Positions 16,948 to 26,745 of a DNA stretch of 64,000 bases are shown here, piece by piece. The notes beneath the pieces were generated by a model. That model was not told where the DNA came from. It did not search any database and worked only from the letters and a program-made list of their open reading frames with translations. Positions within the stretch are counted from its first letter, which is position 1, and every line of letters begins with the position of its first letter. The DNA comes from a bacterium (GTDB lineage Bacteria; Moduliflexota; Moduliflexia; Moduliflexales; JAUQPW01): assembly GCA_030550175.1 (NCBI GenBank), contig JAUQPW010000005.1, forward strand, positions 23,873 to 87,872, written 5' to 3'. The translations under genes were made by a program, and so were the position numbers.

Positions 16948-19659
16948 TTACGGCTGTAGTTGAATCTGACCTCGGATTTCACCGTTCGGGTTCACGGTGG
17001 TATGAATATTGACATAAGCGGTTCCGTTGCGCATTTCTGTTATCAATTGATCAAAGGTAATTCCCTGAACGTCTGCCGAGGTGAAGGTTCCCTGAACTAG
17101 GACTCCCGTGAGAGGAGCTGCCAGGCCCGTGACCGGTGCCGGTAATAAGGTTACACGAATAGGCCCATTAACCCCGGTTGCACCGGAGTGGATATGTGCG
17201 GCAGTTATATCATTACCGGGACCGCCCAGGTTGGTTACATCAATTCGATAGCTAACTGTGGTCCCTTGCAAAGTAAAGGTAGTAGTTGCCGTGGCACTGG
17301 TGGATACGGAAGGTACCTCGTTTCCACCGCTCAGGGTTGCCCTGAAGTTCGTTACCGGAGCAGGGGTAGGAGCCGGAGGTACAGGACTCTGTTGCTGGAA
17401 GGGCACAGTCTTTTCGTCGATGGTCCTGAGGAAGGCAATAAGGGGAATTCGATCCCTGGGATCCGGTACTACGTGCACATCTCCTGGATGCCGAGGAGTT
17501 CCAACGATAACCTGTTCCAGTGTACGGGCCGATCCGTTATGGAAATAAGGCGCCGTAGCAAAAACCCCCAATAGTGAAGGCGGATTAAAACCATCCAGTC
17601 CCCGAGCCTGTTGATTGAAGCCGACGGTATTGGCTCGGATCTCATTACCTCTACCATCCCCAAAGAGGTCAATATCAAACGTTCCTACCCTGCTCAGGAA
17701 CCGGATAAGCTGGGTATCTATGATAGGTTCTCCGGATGGAGGAGGTGTAAAATCACGAATACTACTGGTCCAGTCGCCTCCACTGTGACAGACTACACAA
17801 CCTGCATCTTGAAAAACTTGCCGACCTTTGGCCACAGCCTTTTGGGCGCTCTTGGGGACCAGCGGAGCTATGCGAGATCGGACTCCCAGTTGTATGAAGG
17901 TAGCAATGGCATCCAGATCCGAGCTTCTTCCAGAATTAGCCGTAGGTGTTAAGTTAAGTACCGGTTGTCCATCTGTGATCAACCCTTGCCCTCCCGATAC
18001 GCCTCGAATATTCAACTCGAAATCCTGCACCTCATCTCGGGTAGCCGAGAAGTTCAGTACACGCTGTCTGGTGTAATCATGGGGATCAAAGGTAGCATCC
18101 ATGGAAATGGCTTGGCGAGGTCCATCTCCAAACATCCAGGTCACATTGTCGGTTCGGCCATCTTCATGGCATGAAAAACAAGATCCCCAGCCTTCACTGG
18201 ACATTCGACCGGCCGGTGGATCCGATTGGGGAGCGGTTCCTGCCGGTCCAACAGAGGTATTAAATAATTCCTTTCCGCGATGAACAAACTCTTCGAATGA
18301 GCCCGGACTTGGGAGGAGATCGGGTTGATCAATGGTCGTAATCACACCGGGTGTTGCACCGGAAATATCAACCACCGTCAGGTTTCTGGAGATATAGTTC
18401 ATGACATACGCCCTTGTATCATCGGGATGGATAACAATTCCCCGGGGATCCTTTCCAACATTGACTCTGACCGGGTTTGGGGCATTAATCGTGGGAGTTC
18501 CATTTGCGTCCAGATTAACCCGTATAATCTGATTAATAGCCTTCGCCGTAACGTAACCTTCACTGGAACTTAAACGTTTAAAGGCAATGGCAAAGGGATT
18601 CGTAGGAAACAATCGGGTTGTTTCACTCTCATTCTGAATCCCGCTGTTCATGTTAATCGTCTGACCCGAGTCCTGGTCTAAAACCGTATCGAATACCGAA
18701 AGAAAACTCTGGACGTTGACATTAAACCGTACCGGGCCATCAGGAGAAGCTGCAGTATTGGGCAGATAAGCCCTGTTGAAGAAGGGATTGATGGTAATAC
18801 TTTGCATCAAATTGGGAAATGCTCCCGTAGGTAATCCTCCTCCGGCCGGAGGTATACAACCCGTCACGCTACAAGGAATCCGATTGATGGTCGATCCATC
18901 TGCCCTAAACCCGGTATCCAATAAAGGAGCCAGGGCAATGGTTTTTTCAACCCTCTGGAAAAGGGTTGAAATGAGGGTAACTCTCCCCTCTTTACTATCA
19001 TCCCTTCCTTCATCGTAGGGGGTTCTACCGGGTCGGGGTTGAGCAAAGAAGTGCGTGACATAGACCTTGAAACTATCGGCAGTAATGGCAATTCCCCTTG
19101 GATCGTTCTCTACAGGAATTGTGGTCACCACGGGATTACTGGCAGCGTTACAGACGGGACCAAAATCTGCACTGGTATCAATAACGGTCACATCATTGGA
19201 TGAAGCATTGGCTACATAAAGAAAAACTCCATTAGGGGTAACGGCTGCTCCATAAGGTTCTGTACCTATTTTAACCGTCTTGCAAAACTGGGCAGCCCCT
19301 GTGTTTTGATTTATCCGAAAAACCGAAACGGTGCCATCGACCATATTGGTAATATAAGCTCTGGCACCGCCGGGATGAATGGCAACGCTTTGGGGTTCTG
19401 TTCCAACCGGGATTGGATTTCCGACCCTCGTGTTAGTTTGGGTATTAAAAATGGAAAAGCTGTTGTTATCCGGATTTACCATAAATACAAAATTACCGTT
19501 CGGGGTAATATCTATGGGACCGGAGCGGGTTGGAAAGGGTTGAGCTAATACCCGGGGGTGATAACCAAGGAAAATAAATAAGCCCAGGTTAAGTTGGAAT
19601 ATGAAAATTACTGCATTCAACCATTTCCTCTTTTGGGTTAAATTTAAAAGAGTCTTCAT
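16948..19659 (-). CDS. Exported YVTN-type beta-propeller + di-heme cytochrome c (CCP/MauG-like) + CHRD domain protein
   Basis: Signal peptide ending VLA-Q; YVTN blades (YITNMVDGTVSV, LYVANASSNDVTVID); CFSCH and CVVCH; NPPSLLGVFATAPYFHNGS; CHRD (LSGGNEVP..AAHIH..NIHT..NP.GEIRGQI). GAAAGGAG RBS before ATG 19659. Confidence 0.85.
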   Translation of the reverse strand: MKTLLNLTQKRKWLNAVIFIFQLNLGLFIFLGYHPRVLAQPFPTRSGPIDITPNGNFVFMVNPDNNSFSIFNTQTNTRVGNPIPVGTEPQSVAIHPGGARAYITNMVDGTVSVFRINQNTGAAQFCKTVKIGTEPYGAAVTPNGVFLYVANASSNDVTVIDTSADFGPVCNAASNPVVTTIPVENDPRGIAITADSFKVYVTHFFAQPRPGRTPYDEGRDDSKEGRVTLISTLFQRVEKTIALAPLLDTGFRADGSTINRIPCSVTGCIPPAGGGLPTGAFPNLMQSITINPFFNRAYLPNTAASPDGPVRFNVNVQSFLSVFDTVLDQDSGQTINMNSGIQNESETTRLFPTNPFAIAFKRLSSSEGYVTAKAINQIIRVNLDANGTPTINAPNPVRVNVGKDPRGIVIHPDDTRAYVMNYISRNLTVVDISGATPGVITTIDQPDLLPSPGSFEEFVHRGKELFNTSVGPAGTAPQSDPPAGRMSSEGWGSCFSCHEDGRTDNVTWMFGDGPRQAISMDATFDPHDYTRQRVLNFSATRDEVQDFELNIRGVSGGQGLITDGQPVLNLTPTANSGRSSDLDAIATFIQLGVRSRIAPLVPKSAQKAVAKGRQVFQDAGCVVCHSGGDWTSSIRDFTPPPSGEPIIDTQLIRFLSRVGTFDIDLFGDGRGNEIRANTVGFNQQARGLDGFNPPSLLGVFATAPYFHNGSARTLEQVIVGTPRHPGDVHVVPDPRDRIPLIAFLRTIDEKTVPFQQQSPVPPAPTPAPVTNFRATLSGGNEVPSVSTSATATTTFTLQGTTVSYRIDVTNLGGPGNDITAAHIHSGATGVNGPIRVTLLPAPVTGLAAPLTGVLVQGTFTSADVQGITFDQLITEMRNGTAYVNIHTTVNPNGEIRGQIQLQP

Positions 19660-19836
19660 GATATTTCTCCTTTCGCTCCTTGGGGGATTTTTTAGACTAA
19701 GAATTAGACATAAACCCACCTGATTTACGGATATTGAACGTCGTTTTGTTAGATATTACAATTTGAGGAAAAGTCAAAGTGAAAATTAACAATTATAAAA
19801 ATTTTTTTAAAAAATCTGATCCTAATGAATTAAAGC

Positions 19837-19865
19837 TTGACAGGAAAGTGACTCCAGGCTATCCT
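19837..19865 (+). promoter_or_regulatory. Sigma70-type promoter for the YkgJ-carbamoyltransferase operon
   Basis: TTGACA-17 nt-TATCCT. Confidence 0.6.
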
Positions 19866-19931
19866 TTCCAGATATGGATAAAAGAAAATCTGGACCTCTT
19901 TAAAATGCAGGGAGTTTGAAAAAATGGAATT

Positions 19932-20147
19932 ATGATTCCGGGTGTACCTGATGAAGCCTGTATTCGATGTGGGGTCTGTTGTATTGCTTTGCGAGTTAAA
20001 TTACCGGATGGAACTTACAAACCGGAAGGGATGCCTTGTCCTTACCTGATTCCGAGAACCGAGGAAAAGCCCGCGAGCTGTAAAATCTACGATCAACGAC
20101 CCCAGGCTTGTGAGCTTTTCTTTTGCATGGATTTATTACCCCTTTGA
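19932..20147 (+). CDS. YkgJ family cysteine-cluster (CxxCxxCC) protein
   Basis: CIRCGVCC...CPYL...CKIYDQRPQAC. Confidence 0.8.
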   Translation: MIPGVPDEACIRCGVCCIALRVKLPDGTYKPEGMPCPYLIPRTEEKPASCKIYDQRPQACELFFCMDLLPL

Positions 20148-20180
20148 TTCCCATACGGGAAGGTAGGATGTGGAATAACT

Positions 20181-21998
20181 ATGTATATCCTTGGTATATC
20201 CTGTTTTTATCACGATAGTGCGGCCTGCTTAGCACAAGATGGAGAAATTATAGCTGCCGCTCAAGAAGAGCGATTTACCCGAAAGAAACACGATCATAGG
20301 TTTCCCCGGCATGCCATTCGTTATTGTCTGGAAGAGGCAGGAATTACAGTAAAAGATCTGGATTTTATCGGTTTCTACGATAAACCTCTCCTTAAGTTTG
20401 AGCGGATTTTGGAAACCTATCTAGCTTATGCGCCTTTTGGAATCCGGTCTTTTATGAAGGCCATTCCTCTCTGGATCAAACAAAAGCTTTGGATTCCCGA
20501 CCTTATCAAAAAAGAGCTGGGATATGAGGGAAAGATCATCTTCCCCGAGCATCATGAATCCCATGCTGCCAGTACCTTTTATCCTTCTCCCTTTAGAGAG
20601 GCAGCTATTTTGACCATGGATGGGGTCGGGGAATGGACCACAACCAGTTTCGGAGCCGGTTGTGGGAATGATTTTGAATTAGATTATGAAATTCGATTTC
20701 CCCACTCGTTAGGACTTTTATATTCGGCTTTTACGTATTACACAGGTTTTAAGGTCAACTCCGGCGAATACAAAGTAATGGGGCTGGCCCCTTATGGAGA
20801 GCCCAAATATGTAGATTTAATTTTAACCAAGCTGATGGACTTGAAAGAAGATGGATCTTTCAAGCTGAATATGGAGTATTTTGATTACTGTGCCGGATTG
20901 ACCATGACCAATGAGAAGTTCCATAAGCTTTTGGGAGGACCTCCGCGGGTACCGGAGACAAAGTTGACCCAAAAGGAAATGGATCTGGCCCGGTCCATCC
21001 AGGTGGTCACCGAAGAGACTATGCTCCGGATGGCCCGACATGTCCACAAAGTTACCGGGCAGAAAAACCTCTGTCTGGCCGGAGGAGTCGCCTTAAACTG
21101 TGTTGGCAATGGGCTTATCTTGAGGGAAGGCCCCTTTGAGAACATCTGGATACAGCCCGCCGCCGGAGATGCCGGAGGAGCTCTGGGTGCGGCCCTGTTT
21201 ATATGGTATAAATATCTGGGAAACGAGCGAAAACCCGATGGGAAGAAAGACTTCCAGAAAGGTTCTTATCTGGGACCTGCTTACTCCGACGAGGCCATTG
21301 AGAAGTTTCTGAGAAGTCGTCAGATACCTTACAAACGCCTGAGTCGAGAAGAACTGATCGATGTAGTTTCAGATCTTATCGCCAAAGAAAAGGTTGTGGG
21401 ATGGTTCCAGGGACGTATGGAATTCGGGCCTCGGGCTTTAGGCTCCCGAAGTATCCTGGGTGATCCCCGATCACCTAAAATGCAGGCGGAGATGAATATC
21501 AAGATTAAATTCCGGGAAGGGTTTAGACCCTTTGCCCCCAGTGTCCTGCTGGATAAGGTCTCTGATTATTTTGAGTTGGACCGGGAAAGCCCCTATATGC
21601 TGCTGGTGGCACCGGTCAAGGAAATCCATCGAAGGAAAATGACCGAAGAAGAACAAAAACTCTGGGGAATCGATAAGTTAAATGTGGTTCGTTCTTCGGT
21701 ACCGGCCATTACCCATGTAGATTACTCGGCAAGGATCCAAACGGTTAATCGAGAAGATCATCCCCTCTACTATGATTTAATCCATAAATTTTATGAAAAG
21801 ACCGGCTGTCCCGTTATCATCAACACCTCTTTCAATGTTCGAGGGGAACCCATTGTATGCCGACCAGAAGAGGCCTATATCTGCTTTATGCGAACTAATA
21901 TCGATTACCTTGCCATGGGTAGTTTCTTACTGGACAAACGCGAGCAAAAACCCCTGGAAAAAGACATTGATTGGAAAAAGGAGTTCGAACTAGATTGA
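20181..21998 (+). CDS. O-carbamoyltransferase (NodU/CmcH/TobZ/SxtI family)
   Basis: HHESHAAS, TMDGVGE, GEYKVMGLAPYG, GGVALNC, GDAGGALG, MEFGPRALG.RSIL, FRPFAP, NTSFN.RGEPIV. Confidence 0.95.
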   Translation: MYILGISCFYHDSAACLAQDGEIIAAAQEERFTRKKHDHRFPRHAIRYCLEEAGITVKDLDFIGFYDKPLLKFERILETYLAYAPFGIRSFMKAIPLWIKQKLWIPDLIKKELGYEGKIIFPEHHESHAASTFYPSPFREAAILTMDGVGEWTTTSFGAGCGNDFELDYEIRFPHSLGLLYSAFTYYTGFKVNSGEYKVMGLAPYGEPKYVDLILTKLMDLKEDGSFKLNMEYFDYCAGLTMTNEKFHKLLGGPPRVPETKLTQKEMDLARSIQVVTEETMLRMARHVHKVTGQKNLCLAGGVALNCVGNGLILREGPFENIWIQPAAGDAGGALGAALFIWYKYLGNERKPDGKKDFQKGSYLGPAYSDEAIEKFLRSRQIPYKRLSREELIDVVSDLIAKEKVVGWFQGRMEFGPRALGSRSILGDPRSPKMQAEMNIKIKFREGFRPFAPSVLLDKVSDYFELDRESPYMLLVAPVKEIHRRKMTEEEQKLWGIDKLNVVRSSVPAITHVDYSARIQTVNREDHPLYYDLIHKFYEKTGCPVIINTSFNVRGEPIVCRPEEAYICFMRTNIDYLAMGSFLLDKREQKPLEKDIDWKKEFELD

Positions 21999-22435
21999 AA
22001 GCCTTATTAGAAGAAATAAAAAAAATAAAACCAGATCGTAAAGATCTCCGTAAATTCGGAATAACCATTGCCATCGTACTGGGACTTCTGGGGAGTCTGG
22101 CCCTTTACAAGGGAAGCGGTAAATACCTGGGGTTCTGGGGAATAGGAGGCCTGTTTCTGGTTCTGGGTCTTCTCCTTCCAGAACTTCTTAAACCCATCCA
22201 CAAAGCCTGGATGGCCCTGGCTCTGATTTTGGGCTGGATTAACACCCATATCATCCTGGGTCTCATCTTTTTCCTGATCTTTACCCCTATTGGGCTGATT
22301 TTGAGATTGATGGGAAAAGACCTGCTCGATCAAAAATTTCCCCAACCCGGAACCGGATCGGGTTCTGATTTGACTTACTGGAAAAAAAGAGAAAAAAATT
22401 CGAAAGATAAAGTAAGATATGAACGGATGTTTTAA
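21995..22435 (+). CDS. SxtJ-family membrane protein
   Basis: LRKFG, P..L.PI.KAWM, LGWINT.IILGLIFFLIFTPIG, YW...YERMF. TTG start overlaps the upstream TGA (TTGA). Confidence 0.85.
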   Translation: MKALLEEIKKIKPDRKDLRKFGITIAIVLGLLGSLALYKGSGKYLGFWGIGGLFLVLGLLLPELLKPIHKAWMALALILGWINTHIILGLIFFLIFTPIGLILRLMGKDLLDQKFPQPGTGSGSDLTYWKKREKNSKDKVRYERMF

Positions 22436-22512
22436 TCCACTCTCTGCTGTCTGTTGCTCCCCACCTTATACGGGTAGTTTCCAACAGACAATGGATAAGG
22501 GATAATCCACAG

Positions 22513-22671
22513 ATGAGTAAATTATCTCTCCTCTCTGAGTTCTGGCTCTTTCTGAGAGAACGGAAAAAATGGTGGTTAGGCCCTATCGTGTTTATGCTCC
22601 TTGGATTGGGTTTACTGATTATCCTTACAGAAGGTTCGGCGGTAGCTCCTTTTATTTATGCTCTTTTCTAA
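22513..22671 (+). CDS. DUF5989/SxtK-like small membrane protein (52 aa, missing from the ORF track)
   Basis: Hand translation MSKLSLLSEFWLFLRERKKWWLGPIVFMLLGLGLLIILTEGSAVAPFIYALF*, with the family motifs RKKWWL.P and S.VAPFIY.LF. Confidence 0.9.
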   Translation: MSKLSLLSEFWLFLRERKKWWLGPIVFMLLGLGLLIILTEGSAVAPFIYALF

Positions 22672-22683
22672 TTGTTCGTAGTT

Positions 22684-22775
22684 CTTGTCCGTTGTCTGTT
22701 GTCAGGTGGTGATATCTTTCATTGGGTAATTCTACTTGAGGACAACGGACAACGGACAACGGACAACGGACAATG
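22684..22775. repeat. Inverted (GACAACG)n heptamer arrays before GT2
   Basis: TTGTCCGTTGTCTGTTGTC (22684-22702) and (GACAACG)x4+GACAATG (22741-22775); the last unit supplies the GT2 ATG. Confidence 0.9.
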
Positions 22776-23519
22776 ACGGACAAAAATAAACGGCTTTCCA
22801 GCATTTCGGTTTTTTTCCCCTGCTATAACGACGCAGGAACTATCGCAAGTCTTGTTATTTCCGCTTTTAAAACCCTTCGTTCCCTGACCGATGACTATGA
22901 AGTGATTGTCGTCGATGATGCCAGTAAGGATTTTAGTCGGGAAATTTTGGAAGAACTGAAAACCCACTATAAAAACCTTAAAGTCATTTATCATACCCAG
23001 AACAAAGGATATGGAGGGGCCCTTCGATCCGGTTTTGCCCATGCTACCAAGGATTTTGTTTTCTATACCGATGGAGACGGTCAGTACGATCCTCGAGAAT
23101 TGGCCCTCCTGGCCCCTGAAATGGTGGATGGGGTCGATATCGTGAACGGGTATAAAATCCAACGGCATGATCCCTTTTATCGAATTATCCTGGGTAAAAT
23201 TTATTATATCGTAGTAAAAAACCTTTTTCGATTAAAGGTCAGAGATGTAGATTGTGACTTTCGTCTTATCCGACGGGAGGTGTTTGATAAAATCGAACTG
23301 GAATCCGATGATGGGGCTATCTGTGTGGAAATGGTGAAAAAGCTTCAAAATGCCGGATTTGTTTTCAAAGAGGTCCCGGTTAATCATTATCACCGGGTTT
23401 GTGGAAGATCCCAGGTCTTTGTTGTAAACCGGGTCGTTAAAGGAGGGATCACCGTCCTTAAACTCTGGTGGAAAATCTGTCTAAAACCTTTTCTTGCCAG
23501 AAAAAACCTGATCCGTTAA
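22773..23519 (+). CDS. GT2 polyprenol-phosphate glycosyltransferase (DPM1/ArnC-like)
   Basis: SVFFPCYND, VIVVDDASKD, NKGYGGALRSG, TDGDGQYDP, DVDCDFRL.RR. Confidence 0.9.
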   Translation: MTDKNKRLSSISVFFPCYNDAGTIASLVISAFKTLRSLTDDYEVIVVDDASKDFSREILEELKTHYKNLKVIYHTQNKGYGGALRSGFAHATKDFVFYTDGDGQYDPRELALLAPEMVDGVDIVNGYKIQRHDPFYRIILGKIYYIVVKNLFRLKVRDVDCDFRLIRREVFDKIELESDDGAICVEMVKKLQNAGFVFKEVPVNHYHRVCGRSQVFVVNRVVKGGITVLKLWWKICLKPFLARKNLIR

Positions 23520-23553
23520 GATCGATCCAGGAAATTATCCTTTTGTTCGCGAT

Positions 23554-23919
23554 ATGAAACCTATCGGATTAATTCTGATTCCTGTGGTATTTGCGTCTAT
23601 TAGTGAGTTGTCCATGAAGAAAGCCATATCCTCCTTCGGTGAAATATCTTTCAAAGCCTTACTCACCTGGACTTTTCATATCACCCTTTTTACTAATCCT
23701 TATGTCCTCTTTGCTTTGGGACTATATGCGATAAGTGTCCTGCTCTGGTTGGTTGTGTTATCCAGAGTCCCTTTGAGCTATGCCTACCCCATGGTTAGTT
23801 TAAGCTATGTCCTGGTTATACTGGCATCAAAATGGATTTTAGGAGAATCGATATCCTGGATCCGATGGGTAGGGGTCCTACTGATCTGCCTGGGAGTTGC
23901 CTTGATCGCCAGATCCTAA
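23554..23919 (+). CDS. EamA/SMR-type small transporter (ArnE/ArnF-like flippase)
   Basis: 121 aa, 4 TM segments, W..VLSRVPLSYAYPMVSLSY, LGE.IS..RWVGV.LI..GV. Confidence 0.85.
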   Translation: MKPIGLILIPVVFASISELSMKKAISSFGEISFKALLTWTFHITLFTNPYVLFALGLYAISVLLWLVVLSRVPLSYAYPMVSLSYVLVILASKWILGESISWIRWVGVLLICLGVALIARS

Positions 23920-23950
23920 GGACCTGGGAATCAGAAGTCGGAGTGAGGCT

Positions 23951-24727
23951 GTGAATCTGCGCGAATACGAAATCATGTACCATCTGGAGGATACGTACTG
24001 GTGGTACCGGGGGATGAGGAAAATAGCGTATACCCTTATCCCCGAGCTCTTCCACTGCAAAACCTCTGCAAAGATTCTCGATGCCGGATGTGGAACGGGT
24101 GCTCGACTGCAATACCTTTTGGAGATCGGGAACCGGACCCGGGAGACAGGCTTAAAACCCCAAACCGTTGGGATCGATCTATCTTCTGAAGCCCTTAAAT
24201 TCTGTAAAATTCGTAAACTGAGAGATCTCGTTCAGGCCTCGGTAGAAGACCTCCCTTTCCGCGATGAAACCTTTGATTTTATAACTTCCTATGATGTCTT
24301 GGTTTGTGTTCCCAACGATGAGAAAGCCCTTCGGGAATATTACCGGGTTTGCCGACCCGGCGGAAAAGTTTTTTTAACGGTAGCTGCCTTCAACTGGCTC
24401 CGGGGCGAGCACGACCGGGCTGGACAGGTCCTAAGACGATACACCGAATCGGATTTGTGTCAAAAATTAGAAAAAGCCGGTTTTACCGTTGAAAAAACTA
24501 CCTATGCCAATACCTTCCTTGTTCTACCCATTTTCCTGTTCCGTAAAGCCGTTAATCTCCTAAATCCGGCGAAGACCGATCAGGAAGCTATTTCTGACTT
24601 TCATTTCACACCGACTTACCTCAATACGTTTTTGACCTCTCTCCTTTACCTGGAAGCCTTTTTACTCAAATGGATCCGCTTTCCGATAGGAGTGACCCTT
24701 ATAGTTAAGGGAAGGAAAAGGGTCTAA
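23951..24727 (+). CDS. Class I SAM-dependent methyltransferase
   Basis: YWWYRG, ILDAGCGTG, VGID.S, ASVEDLPF..ETFD, RVCRPGG; GTG start. Confidence 0.9.
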   Translation: MNLREYEIMYHLEDTYWWYRGMRKIAYTLIPELFHCKTSAKILDAGCGTGARLQYLLEIGNRTRETGLKPQTVGIDLSSEALKFCKIRKLRDLVQASVEDLPFRDETFDFITSYDVLVCVPNDEKALREYYRVCRPGGKVFLTVAAFNWLRGEHDRAGQVLRRYTESDLCQKLEKAGFTVEKTTYANTFLVLPIFLFRKAVNLLNPAKTDQEAISDFHFTPTYLNTFLTSLLYLEAFLLKWIRFPIGVTLIVKGRKRV

Positions 24728-24850
24728 TACCTTGTAAAGTTAAATTGGGATAACCATTTTGCCCTCACCCCTGACCCCTCTCCCGCAGCGTGGGAGGGGG
24801 GTCAGGGGTGAGGGCAGAGAATTCCACAAAACTAACTTTACAAAGCACTA
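24725..24850. mobile_element. MITE-like family B element carrying a CCCTC hairpin
   Basis: TAATACCTTGTAAAGTTA ... TAACTTTACAAAGCACTA (15/18 inverted match, TA at both ends); internal 18-bp perfect stem 24761-24815. Confidence 0.65.
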
Positions 24851-24881
24851 AGTTGTTACAGTTACCAGGGATAGTTTTTGC

Positions 24882-24910
24882 TTGACCTGAACCGGTTCAC
24901 AGGATAGATT
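24882..24910 (+). promoter_or_regulatory. Sigma70-type promoter with a palindrome in the spacer
   Basis: TTGACC-17 nt-TAGATT; the spacer contains the perfect palindrome TGAACCGGTTCA (24888-24899). Confidence 0.55.
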
Positions 24911-25118
24911 ATTTTCAGTTGGGTACGGGGAAAAAGAATTCTTGCTCCGTTGCCTTCCCCAGGAGGAGGGTCTTTCTAAGATATAAAATAGATGCAGAAT
25001 CAAAAATCTTATAAATCTCTCCGGACTTATCGGTGAGAGGGTTCAGGATAAAATTAAGGAGTCTGAGCACCGGAAAGGGTTTTGGAAATCTCAACCCTTT
25101 CGTTGCTCGAAAAACTGG

Positions 25119-26060
25119 ATGGGAGTAAATCAAACACCTTCCCATCTTGCGGTTATTATCAATCACTCTTCCGGTTCTAAGGATAAACAGAAAGAGATAG
25201 AGCAGGTGACCGAGCTATTTAAATCAAAAAATATCAAAGCCTCTATCTCGCTGGCCCAAAGTGGTGAAGAGTTGGTGGAAACCACCTACCGGATAATTCG
25301 TGAGGGTTATGATATGGTTGTAGCCGGAGGCGGTGATGGTACCATCAATACGGTTGCCTCTGTGCTGGTGGGCACGGATAAGATCCTGGGAATCCTCCCG
25401 CTGGGGACACTTAATCACTTTGCCAAAGATTTAAAAATACCGCTGGATCTTGAACAGGCCGTGGATAACCTCATCTCAGGTTCTGTTGTTAGCGTCGATG
25501 TGGGAGAGGTCAACGGATACATCTTCGTTAATAATTCCAGTATAGGCATTTATTCGCATATGGTACGTCACCGGGAGTGGTATCGGCGACGGGGATGGAG
25601 CAAGGGGATCGCTTTCTTTTGGGCATTACTCAAAGTGTTTCACCGCTATCCTTTTTTCAATGTCCGCCTGATCGCAGATGATCAAGAAATCACGCGAATA
25701 ACCCCCTTTGTTTTCGTAGGTAATAACGAATATGAGATAGAAAGTCTTAACATTGGGTCCCGTAGATGTCTCAACGCAGGATATTTATGTTTATATGTGA
25801 CCCACCAAACCGGGCGGTTAGGTCTTCTACGCCTGGCTTTAAGCCTGCTTTTAGGACGGTTACGCCAGGAAAAAGATTTAGATAAGCTCCTGGTTAAAGA
25901 AGTCTGGGTCGGTACCAAACGAAGGAAGCGGAGACGGAGGTATGTGTATGTTTCTGTGGATGGGGAAGTTATTTTGATGGAAATGCCACTTCATTACCAA
26001 ATTCGGCCTCGTGCTCTACAGGTTATGGTACCGAAAAGTAAAGGAGAAACAGAAAACTAA
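25119..26060 (+). CDS. Diacylglycerol kinase family lipid kinase (YegS/BmrU-like)
   Basis: VIIN.SSG, AGGGDGTINTV, ILPLGTLNHFAKDL, FVNNSSIG, DGE. Confidence 0.9.
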   Translation: MGVNQTPSHLAVIINHSSGSKDKQKEIEQVTELFKSKNIKASISLAQSGEELVETTYRIIREGYDMVVAGGGDGTINTVASVLVGTDKILGILPLGTLNHFAKDLKIPLDLEQAVDNLISGSVVSVDVGEVNGYIFVNNSSIGIYSHMVRHREWYRRRGWSKGIAFFWALLKVFHRYPFFNVRLIADDQEITRITPFVFVGNNEYEIESLNIGSRRCLNAGYLCLYVTHQTGRLGLLRLALSLLLGRLRQEKDLDKLLVKEVWVGTKRRKRRRRYVYVSVDGEVILMEMPLHYQIRPRALQVMVPKSKGETEN

Positions 26061-26075
26061 AGCAAGAAAACGAGG

Positions 26076-26670
26076 ATGCTTACGCTGGTCCATCTTTCAG
26101 ACCTCCATTTTGGTCGTGTAGACACGGCTGTTGTGCATTCTCTCAGGACAACGGTTGAGGAGATCCAACCGGAGGTGGTTGTTGTATCAGGGGATCTTAC
26201 CCAGCGCGCTCGAACGCAAGAGTTCAAAGAGGCCCGGGCTTTTTTAGATCTCCTTCCCTCAACCCAAATTATCGTTCCTGGGAATCATGATATACCTCAC
26301 CCATCATCCCTTTGAGGTACCGGAAGGTTATCATACCTGTGAACCGGTCGGTCGCTCAGGTGGGGCTATGGAAATCCTGGTGGAATGCGGAGTAGATGTT
26401 TTTCTTGCCGGTCATCTCCACATAAGCCATGTAGGCGATACCGTTGTAGGTTACAAAACAGGCAGGTATTCTGCTCTGATCATCCAAGCAGGAACGGCTA
26501 CTTCTACCCGCAGCCAGGGGAAACCTCCCTCCTTTAACAGGGTTCGTATAGCCCATTCGCAAATTACGGTTGAACGCTTCTCCTGGCACCCCGAAAACAG
26601 GGCCTTCGGGGTCACTTCAATTCAACACTTTCGGCGCACCCCAGAAGGGTGGTTACCTATCCGGAATTAA
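26076..26670 (+). pseudogene. Metallophosphoesterase (Icc/CpdA-like), internally deleted and frameshifted
   Basis: Frame 1 holds HLSDLHFG, SGDLTQR and PGNHDIP, then stops at 26315. Frame 2 resumes at THHPF and continues to LAGHLH and QAGTATS. The central region expected between GNHD and HHP is absent. Confidence 0.8.
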
Positions 26671-26745
26671 ACAGGGAAAGGACTACCGGAACCTGAATAT
26701 CTAAATTCACTTACCCATTGACCGGAATCCGTTCGTTCAGGATTT

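Noticed and set aside
16948-19659. Hydrazine synthase / anammox marker
   Set aside because: Only the domain order matches. There is no hzsA or multiheme HAO-like gene, and the protein carries a CHRD domain.
20181-22671. Saxitoxin biosynthesis (sxtI/J/K homologues)
   Set aside because: No sxtA PKS-like gene, amidinotransferase or other core sxt genes are present, and the neighbours are glycosylation genes.
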